In this document: positions 8,992-17,583 of the stretch, in pieces
Layout of the letters: every line of letters starts with the position of its first letter
How positions within the stretch are numbered: the stretch's first letter is position 1
Assembly (NCBI GenBank): GCA_964436855.1
Contig: CAYTED010000004.1
Coordinates: forward strand, 3,627-67,626
Reading direction: 5' to 3'
Source of the DNA: an uncultured Bdellovibrionales bacterium
GTDB taxonomy: Bacteria > Patescibacteriota > Minisyncoccia > Moranbacterales > UBA1568
Length of the DNA: 64,000 bases
The notes under the pieces: generated by a model
Told to the model about the DNA's origin: nothing
The model's input: the letters and a program-made list of their open reading frames with translations, nothing else
Database searches by the model: none
Translations under genes and position numbers: made by a program

Positions 8992-9728
8992 ATGTCACAC
9001 CGATAAAAACCGAAAAGGTATCTCCAAACGAGCAGACACTCATTTCTGTTCTCGACCGAAATCTCGAGCATTTTCCAGATCACTCTATCCTCGCTATCAG
9101 TGCAAAAATCATTTCCCTTTGTGAAGGTCGCATTGCCGATCTTTCCAAAGACAAAGAAGCTCTCATAAAGCAAGAGGCCGATTATTTCCTCCCAAAAAAA
9201 TTCCGCAAACACAAAGCCTCCGGAACTATCATTCATCACGCTTTCATTGGCGCGGCCGGCATCGATGAAAGCAATGCTGCCGGACACTATGTTCTTCTTC
9301 CAAAGGATCCACAACAAGCTGCCAATACCATTTATCAATACTTAAAAAAACGTTTCAATGTGAAACGCGCTGGCGTACTGATTACCGATAGTCATTCCAC
9401 TCCGATGCGACGTGGGGCTTCCGGTATAGCTCTTGCTTATCGCGGCTTCATAGGGCTCAAAGACTACCGAGGCAAACCAGACGTCTTCGGTCGAAAACTC
9501 ATTATGGAGCAAGCCAACATCGCCGATGCACTTGCAGCAACCGCTGTCCTTATGATGGGCGAAGGTGACGAGCAAACACCCCTCGCGCTCTTTGAAAACA
9601 TTCCAAATATCACTTTTAGCAATACCGCTCCGACCAAAAAAGAACTGGGTCAATTCTTCGTCGACCTCGAAGACGATATTTTTTTCCCGATCATCAACTT
9701 CAAACACCTCAAGAAAACAAAATTCTAG
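8988..9728 (+). CDS. CofE-family protein (F420-0:gamma-glutamyl ligase-like fold, PF01996-like)
   Basis: Shared blocks AISAKIISLCEGR, GAAGIDESNAAG..VLLPKDP, ITDSHSTPMRRGASGIALAYRG..LKDYRG and ADALAATAVLMMGE. Start overlaps the tsaD stop (ATGA). Confidence 0.7.
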   Translation: MNVTPIKTEKVSPNEQTLISVLDRNLEHFPDHSILAISAKIISLCEGRIADLSKDKEALIKQEADYFLPKKFRKHKASGTIIHHAFIGAAGIDESNAAGHYVLLPKDPQQAANTIYQYLKKRFNVKRAGVLITDSHSTPMRRGASGIALAYRGFIGLKDYRGKPDVFGRKLIMEQANIADALAATAVLMMGEGDEQTPLALFENIPNITFSNTAPTKKELGQFFVDLEDDIFFPIINFKHLKKTKF

Positions 9729-9760
9729 ACAAGTAAAAATCCCCCATATCATCAAGCCTT

Positions 9761-9818
9761 CCCGCTCCTCTTTTTTAAAAGGGGAGCTGTCACGTACTCG
9801 TGACTGAGGGGTTATACA
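9761..9818. repeat. Palindromic two-hairpin repeat, upstream copy flanking the DUF559 gene
   Basis: gctcctctttttt-aaaaggggagc hairpin plus gtcacgtactcgtgac hairpin plus tgaggggtta. Ends 7 nt before the DUF559 ATG. Confidence 0.6.
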
Positions 9819-9825
9819 GAAAACC

Positions 9826-10176
9826 ATGACACAGATAAGCACCCTCGAGCTGCTCAAGACCAAGCGAAAAACTTTAAGAAAATCTGCAACGCCACAGAAA
9901 ATTATTCTCTGGTCGAGACTTCGTCGAAATCAGCTTGGCATCAAGTTCCGAAGACAACATTCCATCGGAAACTACATTCTTGATTTTTACTGCTCAGAGA
10001 AAAAACTTGCTATCGAACTCGATGGTTGGCAACACAAGGAAAATAAACTATACGATAACGAAAGGACGGCTTTCTTACATGATTTGAACATTCGAGTACT
10101 TCGGTTTTGGAATAATGAAATCAATGATAATCTCGAAGGAGTCATATCAAAAATAATCGAGGCACTCAAACCCTAA
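9826..10176 (+). CDS. DUF559 endonuclease-domain protein (Vsr/restriction-endonuclease-like fold)
   Basis: 116 aa with the canonical DUF559 pattern LRKSATPQKIILWSRLRRNQLGIKFRRQHSIGNYILDFYC..KLAIELDGWQH...RTAFLHDLNIRVLRFWNNEI. Confidence 0.85.
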   Translation: MTQISTLELLKTKRKTLRKSATPQKIILWSRLRRNQLGIKFRRQHSIGNYILDFYCSEKKLAIELDGWQHKENKLYDNERTAFLHDLNIRVLRFWNNEINDNLEGVISKIIEALKP

Positions 10177-10232
10177 CCCCTCCGTCCCGCAGACGGGCCC
10201 CCTCCCCTTTCAGAAAAGGTGAGGGGGAAATA
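10174..10232. repeat. Palindromic two-hairpin repeat, downstream copy in inverted orientation relative to 9761-9818
   Basis: taacccctc ccgtcccgcagacggg ccccctcccctttcagaaaaggtgaggggg. Its reverse complement aligns with the upstream copy at about 75% identity. It begins at the DUF559 stop codon. Confidence 0.6.
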
Positions 10233-10382
10233 CACACAATTCCATCCCGAACACCTCACCGATCGTACCTTAGGCAACGAAGTCTTTCTCACAATTCTCA
10301 AAAAGTGTCTCGCAAGATAACATCGTATTATCTCTCTTTTCCCTTGAAAAAAAGGGCTTGTTCATGGTATTCTCAAAGACAT

Positions 10383-12959
10383 ATGGATCCACAAGAAATC
10401 CCGAAAACCTATACCCCGAAAGACTGGGAATCCAAGCTCTACGCAAAGTGGGAAGAGAGCGGTTTTTTCAATCCTGACAACCTTCCAGGAGATCGAACGG
10501 AGGCTTTTTCCATTATCATGCCGCCACCAAATGCCAATGGACGACTCCATGCAGGACATGCGCTCTTCGTAACTGTCGAAGATATTTTCACCCGTTTTCA
10601 TCGCATGAATGGGAAAAAAGCACTCTGGGTTCCCGGGGCCGATCACGCCGGATTCGAGACGCAAGTCGTATATGAAAGGAAACTTGAGAAAGAAGGTCGC
10701 TCACGATTCGATCTCTCACGCGAAGCACTCTATGACGAAATCTACAATTTCACCATGGAGAACAAAGGGCACATGGAAAGCGATCTCCGTAAGCTTGGCG
10801 CAAGTTGCGACTGGAGCCGCAATGCCTTTACACTCGATCCGAAAATTGTTTCCATCGTTCAGGATACCTTTCGCAAGATGTTCACAGATGGACTCGTGTA
10901 CCGCGGCAAGCGCATCGTAAACTGGTGCTCCAAACACCAGACCGGTCTCTCCGATGTGGAAACCGAAAATCAAGAATCCATTTCCCCACTCTACTATTTT
11001 CAGTATGGACCATTTGAAATTGCAACCGTACGGCCGGAAACCAAGTTCGGCGACAAATATGTCGTCATGCACCCGAATGATGAACGCTACAAAGAGTTCA
11101 CCCATGGACAAAAAATAGAAGTCGAATGGATCAATGGCCCTATCACCGCAACTATCCTCAAGGACGAAGCTATCGACCCAGCCTTCGGAAGTGGCGTCAT
11201 GACCATCACCCCTTGGCATTCCCAGGTGGACTACGATCTCGCACTCAAATACGATCTCGACTTCGAGCAGATCATCGATGAGAAAGGTTGTCTGCTTCCA
11301 ATCGCCCAGGAATTCGCCGGAATGAATATCGATGAAGCGCGCGAAAAAATCGTCGAGAAGCTACAAAGCAAAGGCCTCTTAGTAAAAATCGAGGAGGGTT
11401 ATCATAATGTAAAAAAAGTTTGCTACAAATGTGAGACTGTTATCGAGCCGCAAGCGCGTGAGCAGTGGTTTGTAAAAATGAAACCACTCGCGGAGCTCGC
11501 ACTGAAAGCTGTCCGCGATAATAAAGAAATCGAATTCCATCCGAAGAATTATGAGAAGATTTTCACCTACTGGATGGAGAACACCATCGATTGGAATATC
11601 TCCCGACAGATCGTCTGGGGCATTCCTATTCCTGCGCAGTACTGTGCTGTTTGTAACAAAGGCTACATCGACAGGAAAGCCGGCGACACCTGCAAATGCA
11701 GTGGCACTCTCGTCGCCGAAACCGACACTTTCGATACCTGGTTCTCATCCGGACAGTGGCCACTCCTATCGCTCGGCTATCCAGATTCACCGGATGTAGC
11801 TACCTATCACCCAACCACTGTCATGGAAACCGGCCATGACCTCATATTCAAGTGGATTCCTCGCATGGTTATCTTCAGCCTGTATCTCAAGAATGAAATC
11901 CCCTTTCAGCATGTCTATCTACATGGCCTCGTCAATGATGAGCATGGACAAAAGATGAGTAAGAGCAAGGGAAATGTCATCAGCCCGATCGACCTCCTCA
12001 ACGAATACGGCACTGACGCACTTAGACTCGCGCTCGTCATCGGCAATGCCCCAGGGAATAATATCCCACTCTCGTTCAAGAAAGTCGAATCCTATCGCAA
12101 CTTCGCGAACAAGCTCTGGAATATCGGGCGATACATAAACAGCCAACAGTCAGCAAACAACAATCAACAAAAGAGCGCTGCAGATTATTGGATCCTGTCA
12201 CGTCTCAACGAAACCATCGAAGAAATTACTCGACTTCTTGAAAATTACCAACCATCTCTCGCCGGAGAAAAGCTTCGCGACTTCACGTGGACCGAATTTG
12301 CTGACTGGTATGTCGAGATCCACAAAGTCGAAAAAAATGATGCGGTGCTTCGACATGTTTTTGAAACTCTCCTCAAACTCTGGCATCCATTCATTCCCTT
12401 CGTCACCGAAGCTCTCTGGGAAACATTTGGCAACTCGGAAAAAAGCTTGCTTATTACTGAAAAATGGCCGACGAACAATACTTCCGAGGAGAATTCCGAA
12501 GCCGAGGCCTTCAAAAAAATCATCACACTCATTCAAGAGGTCCGCGCCATTCGCTCTCTCTACCGTATCGACCCGGCGACGAAATTCAATATTACCGTTC
12601 AAGAAAATTCTGAAGCATTCATCCGAAACAATGAAGCAATTTTCAAACGCCTCGCGCGCATCGAAGAAATTCGTCTTTCAGAGACCATCCCAACACACTC
12701 TGCTCTCGCACAAGCAGGATCACTCCGTGTCTACATCGAACTCGAAGGCGTAATTGACTTTGACGCGGAGAAAAAGCGTCTCGAAAAAGAAATATCCGAA
12801 AAAGAAAAATATATCGTTTCGCTTGAATCAAAACTCGGAAACAAGAACTTCATCGAACGCGCAAAACCGGATATCGTCGAAAAAGAACAATCGAAATTAC
12901 AAGAAGCAAAAAACCAGATGAGTGATCTTACCGAACATCTGAATTCTCTCCCTCATTGA
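10383..12959 (+). CDS. valS: Valine--tRNA ligase
   Basis: Class I aaRS. HIGH-type motif PPPNANGRLHAGHA. KMSKSKGN motif. C-terminal coiled-coil typical of ValRS. Start placed at MDPQEIPKTY. Confidence 0.9.
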   Translation: MDPQEIPKTYTPKDWESKLYAKWEESGFFNPDNLPGDRTEAFSIIMPPPNANGRLHAGHALFVTVEDIFTRFHRMNGKKALWVPGADHAGFETQVVYERKLEKEGRSRFDLSREALYDEIYNFTMENKGHMESDLRKLGASCDWSRNAFTLDPKIVSIVQDTFRKMFTDGLVYRGKRIVNWCSKHQTGLSDVETENQESISPLYYFQYGPFEIATVRPETKFGDKYVVMHPNDERYKEFTHGQKIEVEWINGPITATILKDEAIDPAFGSGVMTITPWHSQVDYDLALKYDLDFEQIIDEKGCLLPIAQEFAGMNIDEAREKIVEKLQSKGLLVKIEEGYHNVKKVCYKCETVIEPQAREQWFVKMKPLAELALKAVRDNKEIEFHPKNYEKIFTYWMENTIDWNISRQIVWGIPIPAQYCAVCNKGYIDRKAGDTCKCSGTLVAETDTFDTWFSSGQWPLLSLGYPDSPDVATYHPTTVMETGHDLIFKWIPRMVIFSLYLKNEIPFQHVYLHGLVNDEHGQKMSKSKGNVISPIDLLNEYGTDALRLALVIGNAPGNNIPLSFKKVESYRNFANKLWNIGRYINSQQSANNNQQKSAADYWILSRLNETIEEITRLLENYQPSLAGEKLRDFTWTEFADWYVEIHKVEKNDAVLRHVFETLLKLWHPFIPFVTEALWETFGNSEKSLLITEKWPTNNTSEENSEAEAFKKIITLIQEVRAIRSLYRIDPATKFNITVQENSEAFIRNNEAIFKRLARIEEIRLSETIPTHSALAQAGSLRVYIELEGVIDFDAEKKRLEKEISEKEKYIVSLESKLGNKNFIERAKPDIVEKEQSKLQEAKNQMSDLTEHLNSLPH

Positions 12960-13492
12960 ATTTTCTTTCCGATTCTTCATTCTCCATTCAATATTCCATA
13001 TTCTTCTTCAATATGCTCCTCCGATTCCTCTCTCTCGGTATCCTCGCCGCGGCATCCGCGATGATTCTCGAACTCATTGCGCTCGCCCTGGCACAAGGAA
13101 AAACCCAAGATAATATGTCACTTCTTTTCGCGGTCCTCCTCTTCCCACTCATCGAAGAAAGCGTAAAATATCTTTTCCTCGCACGCGGGCGATCGACTTT
13201 TTCCGCATCAACTTCCGGCGTAACGATATTTTCCACCGTCCTTTTTGCCGGGCTTTTTTTCGGTATCGGTTTTTTCCTTCCGGAAATGCTCTTGCTGCGT
13301 TTCGGCGAAACATTGTCCGATCGGGGAAACATACCGATTCTTTTCTCAATACTGCTGGTTCACTCCGGAACCGGTATTCTTCTGTCATTCGCATCCGCGC
13401 TCTCGGTTCGATCAAAAATATTCGTCCCGGTGCTCCTCTTTCTTCTTGCCCTTCTCACTCATGGTGCCTACAATTTTTTCCTCTTCACATAA
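12956..13492 (+). CDS. PrsW/CPBP-like intramembrane protease family protein (putative)
   Basis: Polytopic membrane protein with an EESVK (EExxK) motif and C-terminal HGAYN (HxxxN) motif. Weak assignment. Confidence 0.45.
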   Translation: MNFLSDSSFSIQYSIFFFNMLLRFLSLGILAAASAMILELIALALAQGKTQDNMSLLFAVLLFPLIEESVKYLFLARGRSTFSASTSGVTIFSTVLFAGLFFGIGFFLPEMLLLRFGETLSDRGNIPILFSILLVHSGTGILLSFASALSVRSKIFVPVLLFLLALLTHGAYNFFLFT

Positions 13493-13520
13493 CTCCTTTT
13501 CCATTTGCACTCTTTGCGTC

Positions 13521-13541
13521 ACTCTTTTATAATAAAAGAGT
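13521..13541 (+). promoter_or_regulatory. Perfect 9-3-9 palindrome ACTCTTTTA-TAA-TAAAAGAGT with an embedded TATAAT box, 30 nt upstream of hsp20. Candidate repressor operator overlapping the -10
   Basis: Inverted repeat read directly. A TTTGCA -35-like hexamer lies about 18 nt upstream. Confidence 0.4.
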
Positions 13542-13568
13542 ATTGATTGAAAAATATTCACAAACACT

Positions 13569-14123
13569 ATGACCAAAGAAAAAACCTCCTTCTTCGAACG
13601 ATTGACCGGAGCGAAAAAGCTCGACGACACCGGAATGTCCACTATGTCCGAACCCATATCCGTCTACAACGAAACCGAAGAAAGCGCCTTTGTAGAGACT
13701 GCGCCCCTTATGGCATCGCAACATCCCGAACCGAAAAAAGAAAGCTGGTTCGCGCCATCGCCATCATCGCACGCAAGCGCACAAGACGAAGGCGAAGGAC
13801 AACTCACCATCGATGTCTACCAGACTGAAAATGACATCGTCATCAAGTCAACGATCGCCGGCGTCAAACCCGAAGACCTCGATGTAACTATCAATAACGA
13901 TATGGTTACCATCAAAGGCGCCCGGTCAAACGAAGAAGTCGTCGAATCCGGAAACTACTACTATCAAGAATGTTACTGGGGCGGTTTTTCCCGATCGGTA
14001 CTCCTCCCGGTCGACATTATTCCCGAAAAAGCCGACGCTTCACTCAAAAACGGTATCCTGACTATCCGCCTGCCAAAAGCCGATGTTACCAAGGTGAAAA
14101 AAATCCAGGTACGCGGATTCTGA
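13569..14123 (+). CDS. Hsp20/alpha-crystallin family small heat-shock protein
   Basis: Alpha-crystallin domain DVYQTENDIVIKSTIAGVKPEDLDVTINNDMVTIKG...GILTIRLPK. Confidence 0.85.
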   Translation: MTKEKTSFFERLTGAKKLDDTGMSTMSEPISVYNETEESAFVETAPLMASQHPEPKKESWFAPSPSSHASAQDEGEGQLTIDVYQTENDIVIKSTIAGVKPEDLDVTINNDMVTIKGARSNEEVVESGNYYYQECYWGGFSRSVLLPVDIIPEKADASLKNGILTIRLPKADVTKVKKIQVRGF

Positions 14124-14148
14124 TTCGAACTCCATCAAAGCAACACAC

Positions 14149-15498
14149 GTGAAAGGGCGCTCGATCTTGTTTGTCGGACGCTCTTTTTTTGGATATACTG
14201 AAATACTTTCTATGCCGAAGATATTTTCATTTTTGATTCGAAGTTTTTTGGTGCTCATTTTGAGTCTCTCTTGTTTCGCTGTCCTCCCAGAAACAACCCA
14301 CGGGAGCGATACTCCTGAAAGCGTCTTGCTTCGATATGAAAATTTCTCCGAACCCGTTTCCGGAGAATTACTTCAATCGTTTTTTTCTCACCACAGATCC
14401 TTCTCGATCAATCCGGAATATCGGTCCGAAATAGAAAATCAGAACCCCTGCCAAAAAAAAGAATTTTTTTGCTCTTTTTTTCGAACCGAACGATCTCGAG
14501 CAAGCGTGCAATATTCCCTCGTATCGACACCGGATAGAGATGCCATTACCGATTATCTCGTTCGACTTTCCGAGAGATTCGACACTGAACCGAAAAATAC
14601 GATTCTTGCGGCAAAAGACGGAAAGGTAATTGTAGATACCGCATCGGAAAACGGCAGAAAACTTCGTATCGCAGAAAGTACCGATGCCATCATCTCATCC
14701 CTTTCATCAAAAAAATCCGCTCAAACTCTTATCATAGATCTCTTTGTGGAGCCGAAAAAACCGGAATTTTCCATCAATGACCCAAGCGAAATCGGTATTA
14801 CCGACCTCATCGGAGAGGGAGTAACTAATTTTCGCGGATCGCCAAAAAACCGTATCTATAACATTCACCGTGCGCTCGAACAATTCCAGGGGCTTCTCAT
14901 TGCGCCAGAAGAAGAATTTTCTTTTGTCCGATACCTCGGCGAAGTGGATGGAGAACACGGATACCTTCCGGAGCTCGTTATTAAAAATAACCGCACCGAG
15001 CCGGAATTCGGTGGTGGCATTTGTCAGGTATCATCGACCGTCTTTCGGGCCGCAGTCAATACCGGACTTAAGATAACCGAGCGGCGCAATCATGCCTACC
15101 CGGTACAGTATTACAAGCCCTACGGTATGGACGCGACTATCTATATTCCCAAGCCCGACCTTCGATTCAAAAACAACACCGGCGGACACATTTTCATTCA
15201 ACCGATTGTCGACGGTACGCAACTCACGTTTCAAATCTTCGGAAAAAAAGACGGCCGATCTACGACAATCGACGGTCCGCATATTCTCGAAAGCAATCCC
15301 GACGGAAGCATGAAAACACTCTTTACCCAAATCGTGACAACGTCCGACGGCATGGAATTGATTCGCGACAATTTCTGGAGCAATTACAAATCCCCTTCGC
15401 TTTTTCCACATCCCGGCGAAGAATCCGTTCTCACGGAAAAGCCGAAAAATTGGTCCGAAAGACAATGGCGTGAATACAAAAAAACCCGGTCGACCTGA
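14149..15498 (+). CDS. VanW-domain protein with N-terminal membrane anchor
   Basis: VanW signature GGGICQVSSTVFRAAVNTGLKITERRNHAYPVQYY. N-terminal TM segment. Probable start at MPKIFSF (14212). Confidence 0.75.
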   Translation: MKGRSILFVGRSFFGYTEILSMPKIFSFLIRSFLVLILSLSCFAVLPETTHGSDTPESVLLRYENFSEPVSGELLQSFFSHHRSFSINPEYRSEIENQNPCQKKEFFCSFFRTERSRASVQYSLVSTPDRDAITDYLVRLSERFDTEPKNTILAAKDGKVIVDTASENGRKLRIAESTDAIISSLSSKKSAQTLIIDLFVEPKKPEFSINDPSEIGITDLIGEGVTNFRGSPKNRIYNIHRALEQFQGLLIAPEEEFSFVRYLGEVDGEHGYLPELVIKNNRTEPEFGGGICQVSSTVFRAAVNTGLKITERRNHAYPVQYYKPYGMDATIYIPKPDLRFKNNTGGHIFIQPIVDGTQLTFQIFGKKDGRSTTIDGPHILESNPDGSMKTLFTQIVTTSDGMELIRDNFWSNYKSPSLFPHPGEESVLTEKPKNWSERQWREYKKTRST

Positions 15499-15511
15499 CC
15501 GGATTTTTTTA
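15486..15511 (+). terminator. Rho-independent terminator overlapping the VanW stop codon
   Basis: ccggtcgacctgaccgg followed by TTTTTTT. Confidence 0.55.
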
Positions 15512-15612
15512 TAAACGACAAACTCCATTAAGATGACCCTGCAAAAGCACCCCCTCTTCCGCGGATGGGAACCGAAATGAATTCATAGTTTTCACGAAGA
15601 AGCACTCACAGG

Positions 15613-15684
15613 GGTGACTACAGGGAATCGAACCCTGATTCATGGTACCACAAACCATTGTCCTACCATTGAACGATAGTCACC
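15613..15684 (-). tRNA. tRNA-His (anticodon GTG) with an extra G-1
   Basis: Hand-folded. Acceptor GTGACTA/TAGTCAC plus G-1:C73. Anticodon stem ATGGT/ACCAT with loop TTGTGGT. T-loop AGGGTTCGATTCCCT. Confidence 0.8.
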
Positions 15685-15787
15685 CCTCTATTCACTTCTT
15701 TCTGATCGCAATCCGCCCGGCTGGCGGATCTGCCACCAAGCGATACTCTTGGTACGCCGAGAGAAAATCTCCACTTGCCAAAGTCTG

Positions 15788-15859
15788 TGCCCTCGGTTGG
15801 AATCGAACCAACATCAACGGCTTAGAAGTCCGCAGCTCTATCCATTGAGCTACAAGGGC
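15788..15859 (-). tRNA. tRNA-Arg (anticodon TCT)
   Basis: Acceptor GCCCTTG/CGAGGGC. D-arm GCTC-AATGGATA-GAGC. Anticodon loop CTTCTAA. T-arm GTTGGTTCGATTCCAAC. Confidence 0.75.
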
Positions 15860-15860
15860 A

Positions 15861-15934
15861 ATGGCCTGACGGGCAGAAACTCCCATCAATCCCACTCAAG
15901 CGGGACTGCTTTATCCATTAAGCTATTGGGGCCA
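15861..15934 (-). tRNA. Degenerate tRNA-like sequence, a possible pseudogene. The candidate anticodon TGA is uncertain
   Basis: D-arm and anticodon arm resemble the neighbouring tRNA (GGCCCCAATAGCTTAATGGATAAAGC..). The T-arm is non-canonical (GGGAGTTTCTGCCC) and the acceptor stem is mismatched. Confidence 0.3.
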
Positions 15935-15948
15935 AAACATTCTCTCGG

Positions 15949-16021
15949 TGGGTGTAGTAGGGATCGAACCTACGACCGTTGGCTTAAGAGGCCACTGCTC
16001 TACCGACTGAGCTATACACCC
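15949..16021 (-). tRNA. tRNA-Lys (anticodon CTT)
   Basis: Acceptor GGGTGTA/TACACCC. Anticodon loop CTCTTAA. T-arm GTAGGTTCGATCCCTAC. Confidence 0.8.
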
Positions 16022-16160
16022 AAACACAAAAAAACAACATCAGAATAATACCAAAAAGACCTCTTGACGTCAATCCGGAAATCATTTGCGAAAGAAGGAG
16101 GGAGTACTATAATAAAGGGAAGGAGGAATATATAATTCAATAAGTTTAACACACGCTCCT

Positions 16161-16640
16161 ATGATGAAAGGATGCAACGTGAAAGTACACGGACCGCGAG
16201 TGCTGCTCTCGCTTTTGTTTGTGGTTGGTGGGTTTAATTTCTTGACCAATTTCAGCGGCACAGCGCAGTACGTTGGAATGGGTCTTACCCCTTGGGGACT
16301 CGCAGGTATCGCAACGCTCGCAACCGTGGTTGCTATCGTTCTCAAGCTCGGCGGCGGTCTGATGCTTCTTGCAAATTTCCGTACAAGTACAGCGGCTTGG
16401 ATGCTTATTGTCTTTACCGTTCTCGCGACAATCATGTATCACACTCCGAGTTCCGGAGATCCGATGTGGATGGTTCAAGCATTGAAGAATGTTGCCATTA
16501 TCGGCGGATTGCTTACCTTTGCCTGCTGCCCCTGCAAAAAATGCAAAGAAGCCTGCAGTAAAGATGACGGCTGCTGCAATGACGGTGGCTGTTGCAGCGG
16601 AGGATCCTGCGAATCAAAAGAAGATGCCCCTCAAGCATAA
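16161..16640 (+). CDS. DoxX-family membrane protein with a cysteine-rich C-terminal tail
   Basis: Four TM segments with DoxX-like spacing. C-terminal CCPCKKCKEACSKDDGCCNDGGCCSGGSC. Confidence 0.55.
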   Translation: MMKGCNVKVHGPRVLLSLLFVVGGFNFLTNFSGTAQYVGMGLTPWGLAGIATLATVVAIVLKLGGGLMLLANFRTSTAAWMLIVFTVLATIMYHTPSSGDPMWMVQALKNVAIIGGLLTFACCPCKKCKEACSKDDGCCNDGGCCSGGSCESKEDAPQA

Positions 16641-16665
16641 ATTTTGGTTCTTCATACCAACAGAA

Positions 16666-16693
16666 AATCCGCTCCTTCCGAGCGGATTTTTTT
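16666..16693 (+). terminator. Rho-independent terminator after the DoxX gene
   Basis: aatccgctc-cttccg-agcggatt followed by TTTTTTT. Confidence 0.55.
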
Positions 16694-16694
16694 G

Positions 16695-16766
16695 TGCCCC
16701 GAGAGAGAATCGAACTCCCATAGCCGGTTCCGAAGACCGGTACTTTATCCATTAAGCTATCGGGGC
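16695..16766 (-). tRNA. tRNA-Arg (anticodon TCG)
   Basis: Acceptor GCCCCGA/TCGGGGC. Anticodon arm CCGGT-CTTCGGA-ACCGG. T-arm GGGAGTTCGATTCTCTC. Confidence 0.8.
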
Positions 16767-17271
16767 GGAGACATACTCTTTTGTACCTGAATTAAACGGC
16801 GCCGTCAACACAAAGCACGGAAAAGACCCGAAACTGCTGATACAAATCCCTGTCAATTCATTGATTGTCGGTATATGAAAAAACTCGAGACTGAATGGGA
16901 GGAATTTGCTTTTTACAGCATTTGCCACGGCATCATCGTTCTTTCCGTCATTGCATTCAGATACGCGATATTCGCGCTCGCGCAACTCTCTATCGTTGCA
17001 CAATAAGACCCCTTGACAGGTTTTCCTCGGAGGATTATTGTTGAGGCAGAAGCTTGAAAAGGAAAGGGTCAAACAAAGTGGGAAAAATCTACATATTCCC
17101 CGCCCCGATCGAACATTGATCAGAGTTGGTTAAATGAGTGAATGATTGTACATCGCTACATCGCTTCACTCAAACACACTCTTGTGTGCTCCGACTCGCT
17201 TCGATTCCATCGATCCTCCTTTCCTTTTCTCTCTTCTCACACCAAGGCAATGCCCTTGGTTTCTTCTTTTT

Positions 17272-17583
17272 TCAGACATTCTTTTTCTCACCGTCGATTT
17301 TCCGAATAATATCCCGCATCAAATATACGCCCACAAAAAAGAAAATGCTCGCGATAAGTTTTGAGACAAGGGAGGCGAGCGCGACATATCCCCTATTCGG
17401 AACCATCCCGACAGTCTCGGAAACAATCAGGAAAAAAATCGCCCAACCGAAAAATTTGTACGATGCGTCAAGCTCCATTTCCACCCGCCAAATAACGCCG
17501 ATCGCAAAGAGAAGCGCAAAAAAAAGCGTAACAATCGTCGCAAGCGAAAGAAAGAGGAGGAAAAGTTCCATATTCATCCCCAC
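17272..17583 (-). CDS. Hypothetical small membrane protein
   Basis: Two to three TM helices. No motifs. Confidence 0.3.
   Translation of the reverse strand: MGMNMELFLLFLSLATIVTLFFALLFAIGVIWRVEMELDASYKFFGWAIFFLIVSETVGMVPNRGYVALASLVSKLIASIFFFVGVYLMRDIIRKIDGEKKNV

Larger units (their letters stand above)
9761..10232 (+). mobile_element. Putative MITE-like cassette: DUF559 gene bounded by about 58-bp imperfect terminal inverted repeats
   Basis: The IRs abut the start and stop codons exactly. Solo IR copies are dispersed elsewhere in the window. No transposase is present. Mobility is inferred only. Confidence 0.35.

Noticed and set aside
15861-15934. Calling this a bona fide tRNA-Ser(TGA)
   Set aside because: The anticodon-loop reading is possible, but the length (74 nt) excludes a type-II variable arm. 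The T-arm and acceptor do not pair, and there is no room to extend because it abuts tRNA-Arg. It is kept only as a degenerate tRNA-like sequence.
16876-17007. 43-codon plus-strand micro-ORF (MKKLETEWEEFAFYSICHGIIVLSVIAFRYAIFALAQLSIVAQ) in the 500-bp gap after tRNA-Arg(TCG), with a TTGACA-17-TATTGT-like sequence just downstream
   Set aside because: No ribosome-binding site or conservation evidence. It could equally be chance in an AT-rich spacer, so it is not listed as a feature.
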